Sequence record: SRR22947727_3973
Reading direction: 5' to 3' (one strand)
DNA length: 33,849 nucleotides
The notes under the pieces were generated by a model. That model had not been told where the DNA came from. It was given only the letters and a program-made list of their open reading frames with translations, and made no database searches. Of the stretch, positions 8,666 to 18,498 are shown in pieces (position 1 is the first letter of the stretch; the number at the start of each line of letters is the position of its first letter). The translations under genes and the position numbers were made by a program.

Positions 8666-10456
8666 TCATCCTGCTGGATAGAGCGGCCAAAACCATGGGA
8701 TGCACAGGGAGGCCAGAACGCCAATTGACAGGTTAAGCGGGATACCCACCTTCAAAAAATCCGTGAACTTATAGCCACCCGGCCCATAGACCAGCATATT
8801 GGTTTGATAGCCAATCGGCGTGGCAAAACTCGCGCTCGCCGCCACCATCACCGCGACCACTAATGGACGAGGATCCATGCCAAGCTGGGCTGCAATGCTT
8901 ATTGCCAAAGGTGTGATCACCACAGCCACCGCATTGTTCGAAACCATTTCCGTCAGCACCGAGGTTAAAAGATAGATTGCCCAGACGATCAAAAACCCCG
9001 GTAAAATCGCCAGGTAAGGCGCCAAACCACCGGCAATAAGCACGACCGCGCCCGAATGCCCCAGCGCGGCGCCAATGGCCAGCATGGCAAAAATCAACAC
9101 CAAAAGCCGCCCATCAACGAATCCGAATGCCTCCTCTGCGTCAATGCAGCGGGTGACCAACACCACCGCCACAGCGACAATGGCCAGCAGAAAGATCGGT
9201 GCCACTTGAAAGGCCGCCAGCCCCACAAGCCCCAACAATGCCAAAAGCGCGATGGGGCTATGCGACCTGCGAAAGGCCCTCTCGGATGGTGCATTCACCT
9301 CCAGCACATCCATGTCCGCGGCCAATCGTGCAATATCCTCAGCCGCCCCTTCCAACAAAAGTGTGTCGCCAATTCTGACCACCACATCATCCAGCGTGCC
9401 TTTGATGTTCTGATCACGCCGATGCAGCGCTAATGTGTAAACCCCATAGCGCCGCCGCAGGCGCAGATCTCCCAAACTCCGGCCAATCATACGGCAGCCC
9501 GGCGAGACCAAAACTTCCACAGTGGAGGTCTGAACCGCGGAAATTTGATCCACCCGCCGCAGGCTCTTGTTGGTTTGGAGCGACAAAAGCTCGGTCATTT
9601 CGGTGCGCAGCACCACGCGGTCCCCCAATTGCAACTGCACATCTTGCAAACTGCGCCGCAAGGAGCGGTCACCGCGCAGCACGTCAACCAGCCGCACGCC
9701 CGGGCGTTTGAACAATTGCACGCCCGCCACCGCCCGGCCAATCAAATTCGACTCCGGCGGGATCACCGCTTCGGTGAAAAATTTCATCTTTGGGCGATCA
9801 GACAAGAGATTGGCCAAACTGGCGCGGGTCGGCAGCATTCTCGGGGCGATAAACCGCAGATAGAACATGCCCCAGAGCACCAAAATAGCGCCCAAAGGTG
9901 TGACTTCGAAGATCGAAAACCCCGCCAGCCCATTTGCCCGTGCAACCCCATCGACCAAAAGATTGGTCGAGGTGCCAATCAGGGTTAAAGTGCCGCCCAA
10001 AATCGCCGCATAGGATAGGGGGATCAAGAGCTTGCTGGCCGATGTGTCCAGGGTTTTGGCCAATTGCACAAACACAGGGATCATCACCACCACCACGGGC
10101 GTATTGCTCACCACCGCAGAGGCCAGAACCACAAATCCAAACAAAAACCCCAACCCCAAGGCCGGGCTCCTTTGGGTCAAGCGATGGGCCAATTTGGTAA
10201 ATCCGATAAGACTGCCCGTGCGCACCAATGCGCCCATGACTAAAAACATGGCCGCGATGGTCCAAGGGGCAGGATTGGACAAAACCGCAAGCGCCACATC
10301 ATAGGGCAGCACCCCGCTGATCAACAAAACAGCCACCCCAAAAATCGCGACGACCTCCATTGGGAAGCTTTCGCGCAGAAATAACAAAAACATCACGGCG
10401 ACCACCCCAAGCGCAAAAAGCGCTTGGCTGTGATCATTCAAAGTGAGGTTTTCCAT
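8666..10456 (-). CDS. SLC13/CitMHS-like permease with two TrkA-C domains
   Basis: SNTPVV, GTLTLIGTSTNL and TPIGYQTN motifs; central TrkA-C repeats. Confidence 0.9.
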   Translation of the reverse strand: MENLTLNDHSQALFALGVVAVMFLLFLRESFPMEVVAIFGVAVLLISGVLPYDVALAVLSNPAPWTIAAMFLVMGALVRTGSLIGFTKLAHRLTQRSPALGLGFLFGFVVLASAVVSNTPVVVVMIPVFVQLAKTLDTSASKLLIPLSYAAILGGTLTLIGTSTNLLVDGVARANGLAGFSIFEVTPLGAILVLWGMFYLRFIAPRMLPTRASLANLLSDRPKMKFFTEAVIPPESNLIGRAVAGVQLFKRPGVRLVDVLRGDRSLRRSLQDVQLQLGDRVVLRTEMTELLSLQTNKSLRRVDQISAVQTSTVEVLVSPGCRMIGRSLGDLRLRRRYGVYTLALHRRDQNIKGTLDDVVVRIGDTLLLEGAAEDIARLAADMDVLEVNAPSERAFRRSHSPIALLALLGLVGLAAFQVAPIFLLAIVAVAVVLVTRCIDAEEAFGFVDGRLLVLIFAMLAIGAALGHSGAVVLIAGGLAPYLAILPGFLIVWAIYLLTSVLTEMVSNNAVAVVITPLAISIAAQLGMDPRPLVVAVMVAASASFATPIGYQTNMLVYGPGGYKFTDFLKVGIPLNLSIGVLASLCIPWFWPLYPAG

Positions 10457-11342
10457 TTTGAGTGTCCCTTAAATTCGGGCTGACCAAATAAATGCCCATG
10501 AACATCAAAGCCAAAGCCAGCCATATCGGTCCTGCGTAGCGTTCGCCTAAGATCAACATGGCCCAGCCCAGCCCGGCGGCGGTCACAACATAGCTCACCT
10601 GCACCGAAAAAACTGGACCAAACTGGCGTACAATCATCACATATAAAGTATAAACTATGGAGTGGATCAAGGCCGAGGTGACCACAGCCACATCCGCAAT
10701 GCCCCAGACATGCAGCGGGTTGATCCATTGTCCGCTGTAGACGGCCAGCGGCCCGGTGATCCCCACCCCGATGATCGAAGCGCCCAAGAGCAGCTGCAAT
10801 GGCCCCGCACCCCCCGTGCCAAAACGTGCCACGAAATTGCCCTCAAACGCATACATAAGGCTCGGCACCAACCCCAGAGGAATAAAAGCCAGCATGGCCG
10901 CATTTGGCAGGGCCTCAGGCACGCCAACAATCAACAAAACCGCAAATAGCCCCAAAGACAGACCTGCCATGCGTTTGAAACTGAACCGATCGAGGCCCAG
11001 CATCAAAGCAATTGGAAATGCGATCATGGGAATGAGGGATAAAAGCAAGGACATGATCCCCGCCGGCAGAACCGTATAGGCTTTGTAGGAGGCTGCATTT
11101 GGGATAACCGTCCCGATCAAGGCAATCGCCAGATAGAATGGAAGCACCCGCCGATTGATCGGCAAAGGTCGACGGCGGATCATATTGACCAGTCCCAAAA
11201 CCACAGCGCTTATGGACATCTGCCAAAAAATCAGCCCAAGCGGTTGATAGCCGCTGGACACTGCGATTTTCGCCAATGGCTGAGTTGCCCCCCAGCTGAT
11301 GCCGATAAACAAAAGCCAACCATAGGGGATGAGACGCCTCAT
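10434..11342 (-). CDS. DMT/EamA family transporter
   Basis: 302 aa, about 10 TM segments, SWG near the N-terminus and C-terminal ILGE; ATGA overlap with ymdB. Confidence 0.88.
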   Translation of the reverse strand: MRRLIPYGWLLFIGISWGATQPLAKIAVSSGYQPLGLIFWQMSISAVVLGLVNMIRRRPLPINRRVLPFYLAIALIGTVIPNAASYKAYTVLPAGIMSLLLSLIPMIAFPIALMLGLDRFSFKRMAGLSLGLFAVLLIVGVPEALPNAAMLAFIPLGLVPSLMYAFEGNFVARFGTGGAGPLQLLLGASIIGVGITGPLAVYSGQWINPLHVWGIADVAVVTSALIHSIVYTLYVMIVRQFGPVFSVQVSYVVTAAGLGWAMLILGERYAGPIWLALALMFMGIYLVSPNLRDTQNGKPHFE

Positions 11343-12163
11343 TCAGATGACGCCCCATCTGATTGGCTCAAGACCCCGCCATGGCGGATCATCTGGATGG
11401 ATTTGGCCTTGCCAGTGGACTCCTCCGTTTCAACCAAAAGACCGCAGAGAGTCGCCGGTCCCAGAGCCGGTTCAAACCGCGCCTTGGGCATGCCAGTTAT
11501 AAAACGGCGCAGCGGCTCGGCCTTTTGCATACCAATAACGGAGTTGTAATCACCGCACATGCCGGCATCGCTTTGAAAGCCCGTGCCGCGTTCCAAAATC
11601 TGCGCGTCGGCCGTGGGCACATGGGTGTGCGAGCCCACAACCACACTGGCCTTACCATCGCAAAAATGCCCCATCGCCATTTTTTCAGAGGTGGCCTCGC
11701 AATGGATGTCCACCAAGCTCGCCGCAACCTGCCCGCCCAAAGGATGGCGCGATAATATGGCGTCTACAGCGGAAAATGGATCGTCGAAGGGCCTCTTCAT
11801 AAAGACCTGCCCCAGAACTTGCGCCACCAAAACCTTTCGTCCACGCGTGGCCGTGAAAATCGCCGCCCCGCGCCCCGGTGCTGATTTGGAAAAGTTGAGC
11901 GGGCGGATGATGCGGGGTTCGGTTTCGATGAATTGCAGCATATCCTTTTGATCAAAGGCATGATCGCCAAGCGTGATGCAATCGGCGCCCGCCTTTAGAA
12001 TTTCCTGAGCATGGTTGCCGGAAAGCCCCATGCCACCGGTGGCATTCTCGCCGTTGACTACAACAAAATCCGCCTTCAAACGCGCCCGCAGATCGGGCAG
12101 CTCGTTTGAAATGGCCTGCCGCCCGGAGCGGCCCATCACATCGCCAAGATATAGAATTTTCAT
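11339..12163 (-). CDS. ymdB: TIGR00282/YmdB family metallophosphoesterase
   Basis: GDVMG, NGEN, TLGDH, DIHCEATSEK, GSHTHV and DAGMCG motifs. Confidence 0.93.
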   Translation of the reverse strand: MKILYLGDVMGRSGRQAISNELPDLRARLKADFVVVNGENATGGMGLSGNHAQEILKAGADCITLGDHAFDQKDMLQFIETEPRIIRPLNFSKSAPGRGAAIFTATRGRKVLVAQVLGQVFMKRPFDDPFSAVDAILSRHPLGGQVAASLVDIHCEATSEKMAMGHFCDGKASVVVGSHTHVPTADAQILERGTGFQSDAGMCGDYNSVIGMQKAEPLRRFITGMPKARFEPALGPATLCGLLVETEESTGKAKSIQMIRHGGVLSQSDGASSE

Positions 12164-12213
12164 GGCACCCCCTTAGGCCTCAGTTGGCGCTAAAGCAAGA
12201 CGGGCGCTTGGCT

Positions 12214-12681
12214 TTAGATTTCTGCAAAGTCGTATTGCGCGGTGATGCGAATGGGGAAGTTGACGGATCTGGCGATGAAGCAGACATCATGGATTTGGTC
12301 ATGCACCGCATCGGCCGCCTGCGCGTCCATTCCGGGCGCCAATGTGATCTGCGGCCGCAGCGTTGCCGCAACAAAGCGCCCCGCCCCAGAAGGCGCGCGC
12401 TCACCATGACCGATAGGGTGATCTTCATAGCACATCACAACAATCCCAGCATTGAAAGACAAATGTAAAAACCACAGCATATGACAGGAGCTCAGCGTGG
12501 TGATCAGCAAGTCTTCGGGATTATACAGCAGAGGATCCCCACCCAATAGCGGATCATTGGAGCAGTCTAGGACCGGTTTTCCCGGGCTGCACAGCTGCCA
12601 GCGCCGATCATAGCCGTCGTAACGTGCATTGCCATCGCCGCGATTGCCTGTCCAACGAATATGTGATGTGAAATCATGCAC
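12214..12681 (-). CDS. OsmC family protein
   Basis: WTGNRG, NPEDLL, SSCHMLW and CFIARSV (two conserved Cys); GTG start with AGGAG upstream. Confidence 0.9.
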   Translation of the reverse strand: MHDFTSHIRWTGNRGDGNARYDGYDRRWQLCSPGKPVLDCSNDPLLGGDPLLYNPEDLLITTLSSCHMLWFLHLSFNAGIVVMCYEDHPIGHGERAPSGAGRFVAATLRPQITLAPGMDAQAADAVHDQIHDVCFIARSVNFPIRITAQYDFAEI

Positions 12682-12973
12682 GGCAGGTATAGCTCCTAAA
12701 CTTATGTTTTAAATCGTATTAAATGCGCCGCGTTGCCCGTCATGATCAGATCTCCTCCCAAATAACGTTGAACCAGAGGTGCTGCAAATGCTGTCCAGCC
12801 CGATCTGCCGCCGGGCTTGGGTCAGCTCTTGCCAAGACCCTCAGTTTTTTAGAGCATATGAAATTTGCAGCCGCCCGCAACCCAGCTGGCCACCCACGCC
12901 AAAAAACCGCATTTGTCCCTGAAGACTTCTGCAAAATCCAGCCGCCGAGCCAAAACCCGATCCAACCCTTGGA

Positions 12974-13534
12974 TTAGCTGGAAATTTGCACGATCCGGTC
13001 TTCCGTCACAATCATGTCAAGCGGTTGATCGGTGGGCTCTAGGGGCAGCGCCTCGGCCTGTTGCGCGTTGAACGCAAAGCCAATGGCCAATACCCGCCCA
13101 CGGGCCCGCAGCCCCTCCAGCGTGCGGTCATAAAACCCGCCACCATAGCCCAGACGCCCGCCCTGCGCATCCCAAGCCACAAGCGGCACGATCACAATTT
13201 CTGGCACCATCCATGTGAGTTCAGCCGGAATCAGCGCCTTAAACGCCCCCTCCACCATTTGCATGCCGGGTGTATAGAGCGCAAAACGCAAAGGCGCCCC
13301 AGCCGCTTCAATCACCGGCAGGCCGACCGGTCCATGCGCTGAGGCCTCTGCCAAAGCCGGGGACGGGTCAATTTCCGTACCGATGGGCATAAAGCCTGCC
13401 ACGGGCGCGCCGCGATAACCGGCCAAAACATCCGACAATACACCAGAGCTTGACCCGCTTTGCGCCGCATGGGCCTGTTTGCGTCGGGCAAAAGCCGCGC
13501 GCCGTGCCTCTGTCTTTTGCGCCTCTAAACTCAC
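12974..13534 (-). CDS. 5-formyltetrahydrofolate cyclo-ligase
   Basis: RLGYGGGFYDR, VPLVAWD and DQPLD motifs. The likely start is GTG at 13534 (MSLEAQKTEARR), overlapping the mgtE stop as GTGA. Confidence 0.92.
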   Translation of the reverse strand: MSLEAQKTEARRAAFARRKQAHAAQSGSSSGVLSDVLAGYRGAPVAGFMPIGTEIDPSPALAEASAHGPVGLPVIEAAGAPLRFALYTPGMQMVEGAFKALIPAELTWMVPEIVIVPLVAWDAQGGRLGYGGGFYDRTLEGLRARGRVLAIGFAFNAQQAEALPLEPTDQPLDMIVTEDRIVQISS

Positions 13535-14904
13535 AACAACATCCAGGCAGCAAGCCCCAGAAAGGCGAAAAAGCCGACCACATCGGTCACAGTGGTCACA
13601 AAGGCACCCGAAGCCAAAGCCGGGTCGATGCCAATTTTCTCGAGCGCCACCGGGATCACCGTGCCGGCCAGCCCTGCCACGACCATATTGAGCACCATGG
13701 CCAGCGCCAAGACCCACCCAATGATCGAAGAGCCAAACCAGAAATATCCGACGAAACCCAAAACCAGCGCAAAGATCATGCCATTGAGAAGCCCCACCAG
13801 GACTTCCCGGCGGATAACCCGCCAGACATTGGAGGTCGTCAAATCCTTGGTCGCAATGGCCCGCACGGCCACGGTGAGCGACTGCGTTCCGGCATTGCCA
13901 CCCATCGATGCGACAATCGGCATCAAAACCGCCAGCGCCACAAATTGCGCAATCGTGGCTTCGAACATAGAAATGACCAAAGACGCGATAATCGCCGTCG
14001 CCAAGTTCACCGCCAGCCAGGGCAAACGACCGCGTGTGGTGTCCAAGACACTGTCCGACAGCGAGCCTTCCCCGACCCCCGCCAGACGCATCATATCCTC
14101 TTCATATTCCTCATCGAGCACGATCATCGCGTCATCAATGGTGATCACGCCGACAAGTCGATCATCGGCGTCCACAACCGGGGCAGAGATGAGATGATAT
14201 TGATTGAAGGCATAGGCCACATCTTTTTCCGGCTGATCGACCGGAATTGTGCGAAAACTGTCTTCGGCAATCTCAAGCATCGGCGTGGCGCGCTTGGTGC
14301 CCAAAAGCTTGCCAAGTGTGACATAGCCCGTGGGGCGCAGACGCGGGTCGATGAGGATCATATGGTAAAACTGTTCGGGCAAATCTTCTTGCCGGCGCAG
14401 GTAATCAATCGCTTGGCCCACATTCCAATGCTCTGGCGCCATGACAACTTCGCGTTGCATCAAACGGCCGGCCGATTCCTCTGGAAAAGACAGGGATTGC
14501 TCGACAACAACCCGTTCCGCATCATCCAATGCGCCGAGGATGGCCTCTTGTTGCGGCTCGTCGAGATCTTCGAGAAGATCCACCACATCGTCGGAGTCCA
14601 AATCGCGCACCGCAACTGCCAACTCAGCCGCGTCCAGCCCATCGATGATATCTTCGCGGATGCTATCGTCCAGCTCCGACAAAACATCGCCATCAATGCC
14701 GTCTTTCCACAGGTGCAAGATCCCCGCTCGCACGGAATCGCTCACCTGCTCTAAAAGGTCAGCAATATCAGCTGGATGTAAAGGATCGAGCAGCGTGTGG
14801 AGCCGCTGCGCGTCTTCATGTTCCACCGCCCCACGGACATCAGAAACCCTTTGGGCATCCAAAACATCGCTTGGCTCGACGGAGGTTTCATAAAGATCTG
14901 TCAT
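13531..14904 (-). CDS. mgtE: Magnesium transporter MgtE
   Basis: Acidic N-domain (HPADIADLLE), CBS pair, RLPWL, GGNAGTQ and TTVTDVVG. Confidence 0.96.
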   Translation of the reverse strand: MTDLYETSVEPSDVLDAQRVSDVRGAVEHEDAQRLHTLLDPLHPADIADLLEQVSDSVRAGILHLWKDGIDGDVLSELDDSIREDIIDGLDAAELAVAVRDLDSDDVVDLLEDLDEPQQEAILGALDDAERVVVEQSLSFPEESAGRLMQREVVMAPEHWNVGQAIDYLRRQEDLPEQFYHMILIDPRLRPTGYVTLGKLLGTKRATPMLEIAEDSFRTIPVDQPEKDVAYAFNQYHLISAPVVDADDRLVGVITIDDAMIVLDEEYEEDMMRLAGVGEGSLSDSVLDTTRGRLPWLAVNLATAIIASLVISMFEATIAQFVALAVLMPIVASMGGNAGTQSLTVAVRAIATKDLTTSNVWRVIRREVLVGLLNGMIFALVLGFVGYFWFGSSIIGWVLALAMVLNMVVAGLAGTVIPVALEKIGIDPALASGAFVTTVTDVVGFFAFLGLAAWMLL

Positions 14905-14975
14905 ACCTGCCTTTACGAAGTCTCATTTCATATGACAAGATATAGCCAGATAAAAGAATTTTTGGACTGCTTTTC

Positions 14976-16262
14976 ATGACCGACACACTTCTCCTCGGAC
15001 AAACCCTTTGTTTCAGCGGTGATCCCTTCCAGGCGACCTGGCAGGAGGTCACCACACACGAGCGAGATGGTGCTGTATTGCTGCGGGGTGGACAAATTGC
15101 TGAGGTGGGCGCGCGTGCAGCGCTCTGCCAAGCCCATCCTGGAGCCAAAATTGTCGATTATGGCGCGGATTTAATCGTTCCGGGCTTTGTCGATGCGCAT
15201 GTGCACTATCCGCAAACCGCCATCATCGCCAGCTGGGGCAAGCGATTGATTGACTGGTTGAACAGCTATACATTTCCCGAGGAAATGCGTCTGGCAGATC
15301 CCGATTACGCCGCCAAGATTGCTGGGCGCTATCTCGACATTGCCCTCAGTCATGGCACGACGACCATGGCCAGCTATTGCACCTCCGCCCCTGTTTCTGT
15401 CACCGCCTATTTTGAGGCAGCCCAGGCGCGCGGAATGCGCGTGGTGGGTGGCAAGACCTGTATGGATTGCAATGCGCCAGACGGCCTGATCGACACGGCG
15501 CAATCGGCTTATGATGACAGCAAAAATTTGATCGATACATGGCATGGGCGCGGCCGCTTGAGTTATGCCATTACCCCCCGGTTTTCACCGACATCAACCC
15601 CAGAGCAGCTCGCCGCCTTGGGCGGGCTGTGGCAAGAACGTCCAGACTGCTTGATGCAAACTCACCTGTCCGAGCAAACTGAAGAAATCGCCTGGGTGCG
15701 CAGCCTGTTTCCAGAGGCGCGCGACTATCTCGAGACCTATGCGCAATTCGGCCTGCTGGGCGCGCGCGGCCTTTATGGTCATGCCATCCATCTTGAGCCG
15801 CGCGAGATCGACCAATTGGCCGACGTCGGCGCCTCTGTGGTGCATTGCCCAACCTCCAACACCTTTATCGGATCGGGTCTTTTTGACCTTATGGGCCTGG
15901 CGCAGGCAGGGGTGAGCATGGGACTGGCCACCGATATCGGGGGGGGGTCCAATTTTTCCATGCTGCGCACCATGGCGGCGGCCTATGAGGTGGCGCAATT
16001 GCGCGGTCAAGCGCTGCATCCAGCGCAGCTTATGTGGCTGGCCTCTGAAGGGTCGGCGAAAGCGCTGCACCTATCTGGCACCATCGGTCATCTGGGCGCA
16101 GGAGCCGAAGCAGACCTTTGTATTCTCAACCTAAGCTCAACAACCGCAATCGCCCAGCGCTATGAGCATGCCAATGATTTTTGGGAGAGCTTGTTTCCCA
16201 CGGTCATGATGGGCGATGACCGGGCCATTCGGCAAGTCTGGGTGGCGGGCGTTCCGGTCTAG
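14976..16262 (+). CDS. guaD: Guanine deaminase
   Basis: PGFVDAHVHYPQ, WLNSYTFPEE, YAITPRFS, QTHLSE, HCPTSN and TDIGGG motifs. Confidence 0.95.
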   Translation: MTDTLLLGQTLCFSGDPFQATWQEVTTHERDGAVLLRGGQIAEVGARAALCQAHPGAKIVDYGADLIVPGFVDAHVHYPQTAIIASWGKRLIDWLNSYTFPEEMRLADPDYAAKIAGRYLDIALSHGTTTMASYCTSAPVSVTAYFEAAQARGMRVVGGKTCMDCNAPDGLIDTAQSAYDDSKNLIDTWHGRGRLSYAITPRFSPTSTPEQLAALGGLWQERPDCLMQTHLSEQTEEIAWVRSLFPEARDYLETYAQFGLLGARGLYGHAIHLEPREIDQLADVGASVVHCPTSNTFIGSGLFDLMGLAQAGVSMGLATDIGGGSNFSMLRTMAAAYEVAQLRGQALHPAQLMWLASEGSAKALHLSGTIGHLGAGAEADLCILNLSSTTAIAQRYEHANDFWESLFPTVMMGDDRAIRQVWVAGVPV

Positions 16263-16305
16263 GAAGACCTCGGCATAACACCCCAGCTGCCAAGCCAAAA
16301 TACTT

Positions 16306-16327
16306 TGCCCGGTGACAACACCGGGCT
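16306..16327. repeat. REP-like palindrome, possibly a terminator between the convergent deaminase genes
   Basis: Perfect 8-bp hairpin GCCCGGTG-ACAA-CACCGGGC; a near-identical copy lies on the minus strand at 22149-22170. Confidence 0.6.
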
Positions 16328-17669
16328 AGGCGCGCTCTTGCAGGGCACGCATCTGTAGATTTTGCCGGCGGGCCAAGGCGCGTTGATCCAGCGTGGTGAT
16401 GCGCCCCTCTGCGACCACCTGCTGGCCGTTGACAAAAACATCGCGTGCCAAAGTTGGCCCAGCCAAAAGGATGGCTGCGGGGTCCCAATTTCCGGCAGCA
16501 TTCACATCACCCATATCCCAAATCACCACATCCGCACATTGTCCGGGTGCCAATGCGCCGCAATCCTCGCGGCCCAAAACCTGAGCCCCACCCAAAGTGG
16601 CGATCTCAAGCGCCTCACCCGGTGACATCGCCCCGGCGCCATAGGCCAGCCGTTGAAGCAACAGCGTCTGGCGCGCTTCGGCCATCAGGTTGCCTGCATC
16701 ATTCGAAGCCGATCCGTCGACCCCAAGCCCGACCGGCACGCGCGCATCTCGCATCGCCCGTACCGGCGCAATGCCCGAGGCCAAACGGCAGTTGGAACAG
16801 GGGCAATGAGCAACCCCGGTTTGCGTCCGCGCAAACAGCGCGATTTCCTCCGCATCGAGCTTGACGCAATGCGCATGCCACACATCCGGCCCGGTCCAGC
16901 CCAAATCTTCGGCATATTGCCCAGGCCGCATCCCAAATTTTTCCAAACTATAGGCTATGTCTTCATCATTTTCCGCCAAATGGGTGTGCATCATCACCCC
17001 TTTGTCACGGGCCAAGAGCGCAGCATCGCGCATCAATTCGCGGCTGACAGAAAAAGGCGAGCAGGGCGCCACCCCAACCCGGCACATCGAGCCGGGGCGC
17101 GGATCGTGAAAGCCATCGATGACACGGATCATGTCCTCGAGAATATCGGCCTCCCGCTCGACCAAACCATCTGGCGGCAGGCCTCCGGCGCTTTCACCTA
17201 TGCTCATAGCCCCCCGTGTGGGGTGAAATCGCATACCGATCTCTTGCGCGGCGTGTATCGTATCTTCCAGCCGCGCGCCATTGGGATAGAGATAAAGGTG
17301 ATCTGATGTGGTTGTGCAGCCCGACAAGAGAAGTTCCGCCATCCCCACCTGAGCCGAGACAAAAAAGTCATCCGGGCGCATGGCCGACCAAATTGGATAG
17401 AGCGCTTGCAGCCAGCCAAAGAGGGCTGCGTCCTGCCCCGCGGGCACGGCGCGCGTCATGGTTTGATACAGGTGGTGATGGGTGTTGACCAATCCCGGCG
17501 TGACCAAACAGCCCGCCGCATTTACGACTGTGCAGCCCGTGGCCGGCAAATCAGGCCCCACTGCCACGATACGCCCATCGCGCATCAAAACATCCCCCGA
17601 CGGCACGGCCCGCCGCATGTCATCCATCGTCAGCACCAAATCGGCGTTTTGAATTAGCGTGTCAGCCAA
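16326..17669 (-). CDS. 8-oxoguanine deaminase / AtzB-like amidohydrolase
   Basis: PGLVNTHHHLYQT, APCSPFSVS, HTHLAE, AHCPCSN and GVDGSASND motifs. The likely start is TTG at 17669 with SD GAGGTG, overlapping the hisN stop. Confidence 0.88.
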   Translation of the reverse strand: MADTLIQNADLVLTMDDMRRAVPSGDVLMRDGRIVAVGPDLPATGCTVVNAAGCLVTPGLVNTHHHLYQTMTRAVPAGQDAALFGWLQALYPIWSAMRPDDFFVSAQVGMAELLLSGCTTTSDHLYLYPNGARLEDTIHAAQEIGMRFHPTRGAMSIGESAGGLPPDGLVEREADILEDMIRVIDGFHDPRPGSMCRVGVAPCSPFSVSRELMRDAALLARDKGVMMHTHLAENDEDIAYSLEKFGMRPGQYAEDLGWTGPDVWHAHCVKLDAEEIALFARTQTGVAHCPCSNCRLASGIAPVRAMRDARVPVGLGVDGSASNDAGNLMAEARQTLLLQRLAYGAGAMSPGEALEIATLGGAQVLGREDCGALAPGQCADVVIWDMGDVNAAGNWDPAAILLAGPTLARDVFVNGQQVVAEGRITTLDQRALARRQNLQMRALQERA

Positions 17670-18471
17670 GCGGCACCTCGCGTAAGATCTCCAAAGCAGC
17701 CGCATGCAGCTCCGGTGTCGCCGCGCAGATGCATCTGCCCCCGTTCATCGGATTGCCCCCGCGCCAGTCACTGACCACCCCACCGGCTGCCTGCACAAGC
17801 GCCATAGGGGCTTGAATGTCATAGGCTTGCAGGCCGGCCTCAATCACCAAATCAATCTGCCCCGCAGCCAAAAGCGCATAGGCGTAGCAATCCATGCCGT
17901 AGCGGGTCAACTGACACTGCCCGGCCACGGCGTGGAAAGCCTCAGCCTCAAGCAGGCTGCCGACCTCTGGGAAGGTGGTGAAGATCGTCGCCTCTGACAA
18001 ATGCCGCTTTCTGCGCGTGGCCAGCGGGGTTTTGACCCCATGGCGCTCCATAAAGGCCATGCCAAGGCCGCCGACAAACCGCTCCCCCGTATAGGGCTGA
18101 TCGATCATTCCAAAAATCGGCTCGTGGCCGTCATTCAAGGCAATCAAGGTGCCCCAGGTGGGTGTCCCGCTGACATAACCTCGGGTGCCATCAATCGGAT
18201 CAAGCACCCAGGATAGGCCAGATTTGCCGACGGTATTTTGAGCCTCTTCACCAATGACAGAATCCTCGGGCCGCTGTGCTTTCAACAGCGCACGCATGGC
18301 GGCCTCCGCCGCTTTATCGGCTTCGGTGACCGGATCAAACCCCTCCGACCATTTGTTGTGCGTCAACAAGGCCGGGGCGCGAAACCACTTCAAAGTCTGT
18401 TCGGCCGCCACATCAGCCAATTGAGAGGCAAGCGATAAGATCTCATCAGGGCTTGGCGTTTGATCGGTCAT
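17662..18471 (-). CDS. hisN: Inositol monophosphatase family, probable histidinol-phosphatase
   Basis: FDPVTEAD, GEE, WVLDPIDGT, DCYAYALLAAG and YDIQA motifs. Start taken as ATG 18471 after GAAGG. Confidence 0.82.
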   Translation of the reverse strand: MTDQTPSPDEILSLASQLADVAAEQTLKWFRAPALLTHNKWSEGFDPVTEADKAAEAAMRALLKAQRPEDSVIGEEAQNTVGKSGLSWVLDPIDGTRGYVSGTPTWGTLIALNDGHEPIFGMIDQPYTGERFVGGLGMAFMERHGVKTPLATRRKRHLSEATIFTTFPEVGSLLEAEAFHAVAGQCQLTRYGMDCYAYALLAAGQIDLVIEAGLQAYDIQAPMALVQAAGGVVSDWRGGNPMNGGRCICAATPELHAAALEILREVPLG

Positions 18472-18498
18472 ACGGCCTTCTTTCATAAGTCGGCCTAT

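Noticed and set aside
12709-12722. CtrA-like TTAA..TTAA upstream of osmC
   Set aside because: The spacer is 6 nt rather than 7.
12746-12934. 62-aa minus-strand ORF in the osmC gap
   Set aside because: No SD, no recognisable motif, and it overlaps repeat-like sequence.
13535-13717. N-terminal extension of the 5-formylTHF cyclo-ligase, or a 6S RNA upstream of it
   Set aside because: This stretch is mgtE coding sequence; the genes overlap at GTGA, leaving no room for ssrS.
13450-14754. 434-aa antisense ORF, and similar long shadows such as 31935-32798 and 5629-6255
   Set aside because: Antisense frames of well-supported genes, as expected in GC-rich DNA; no protein motifs.
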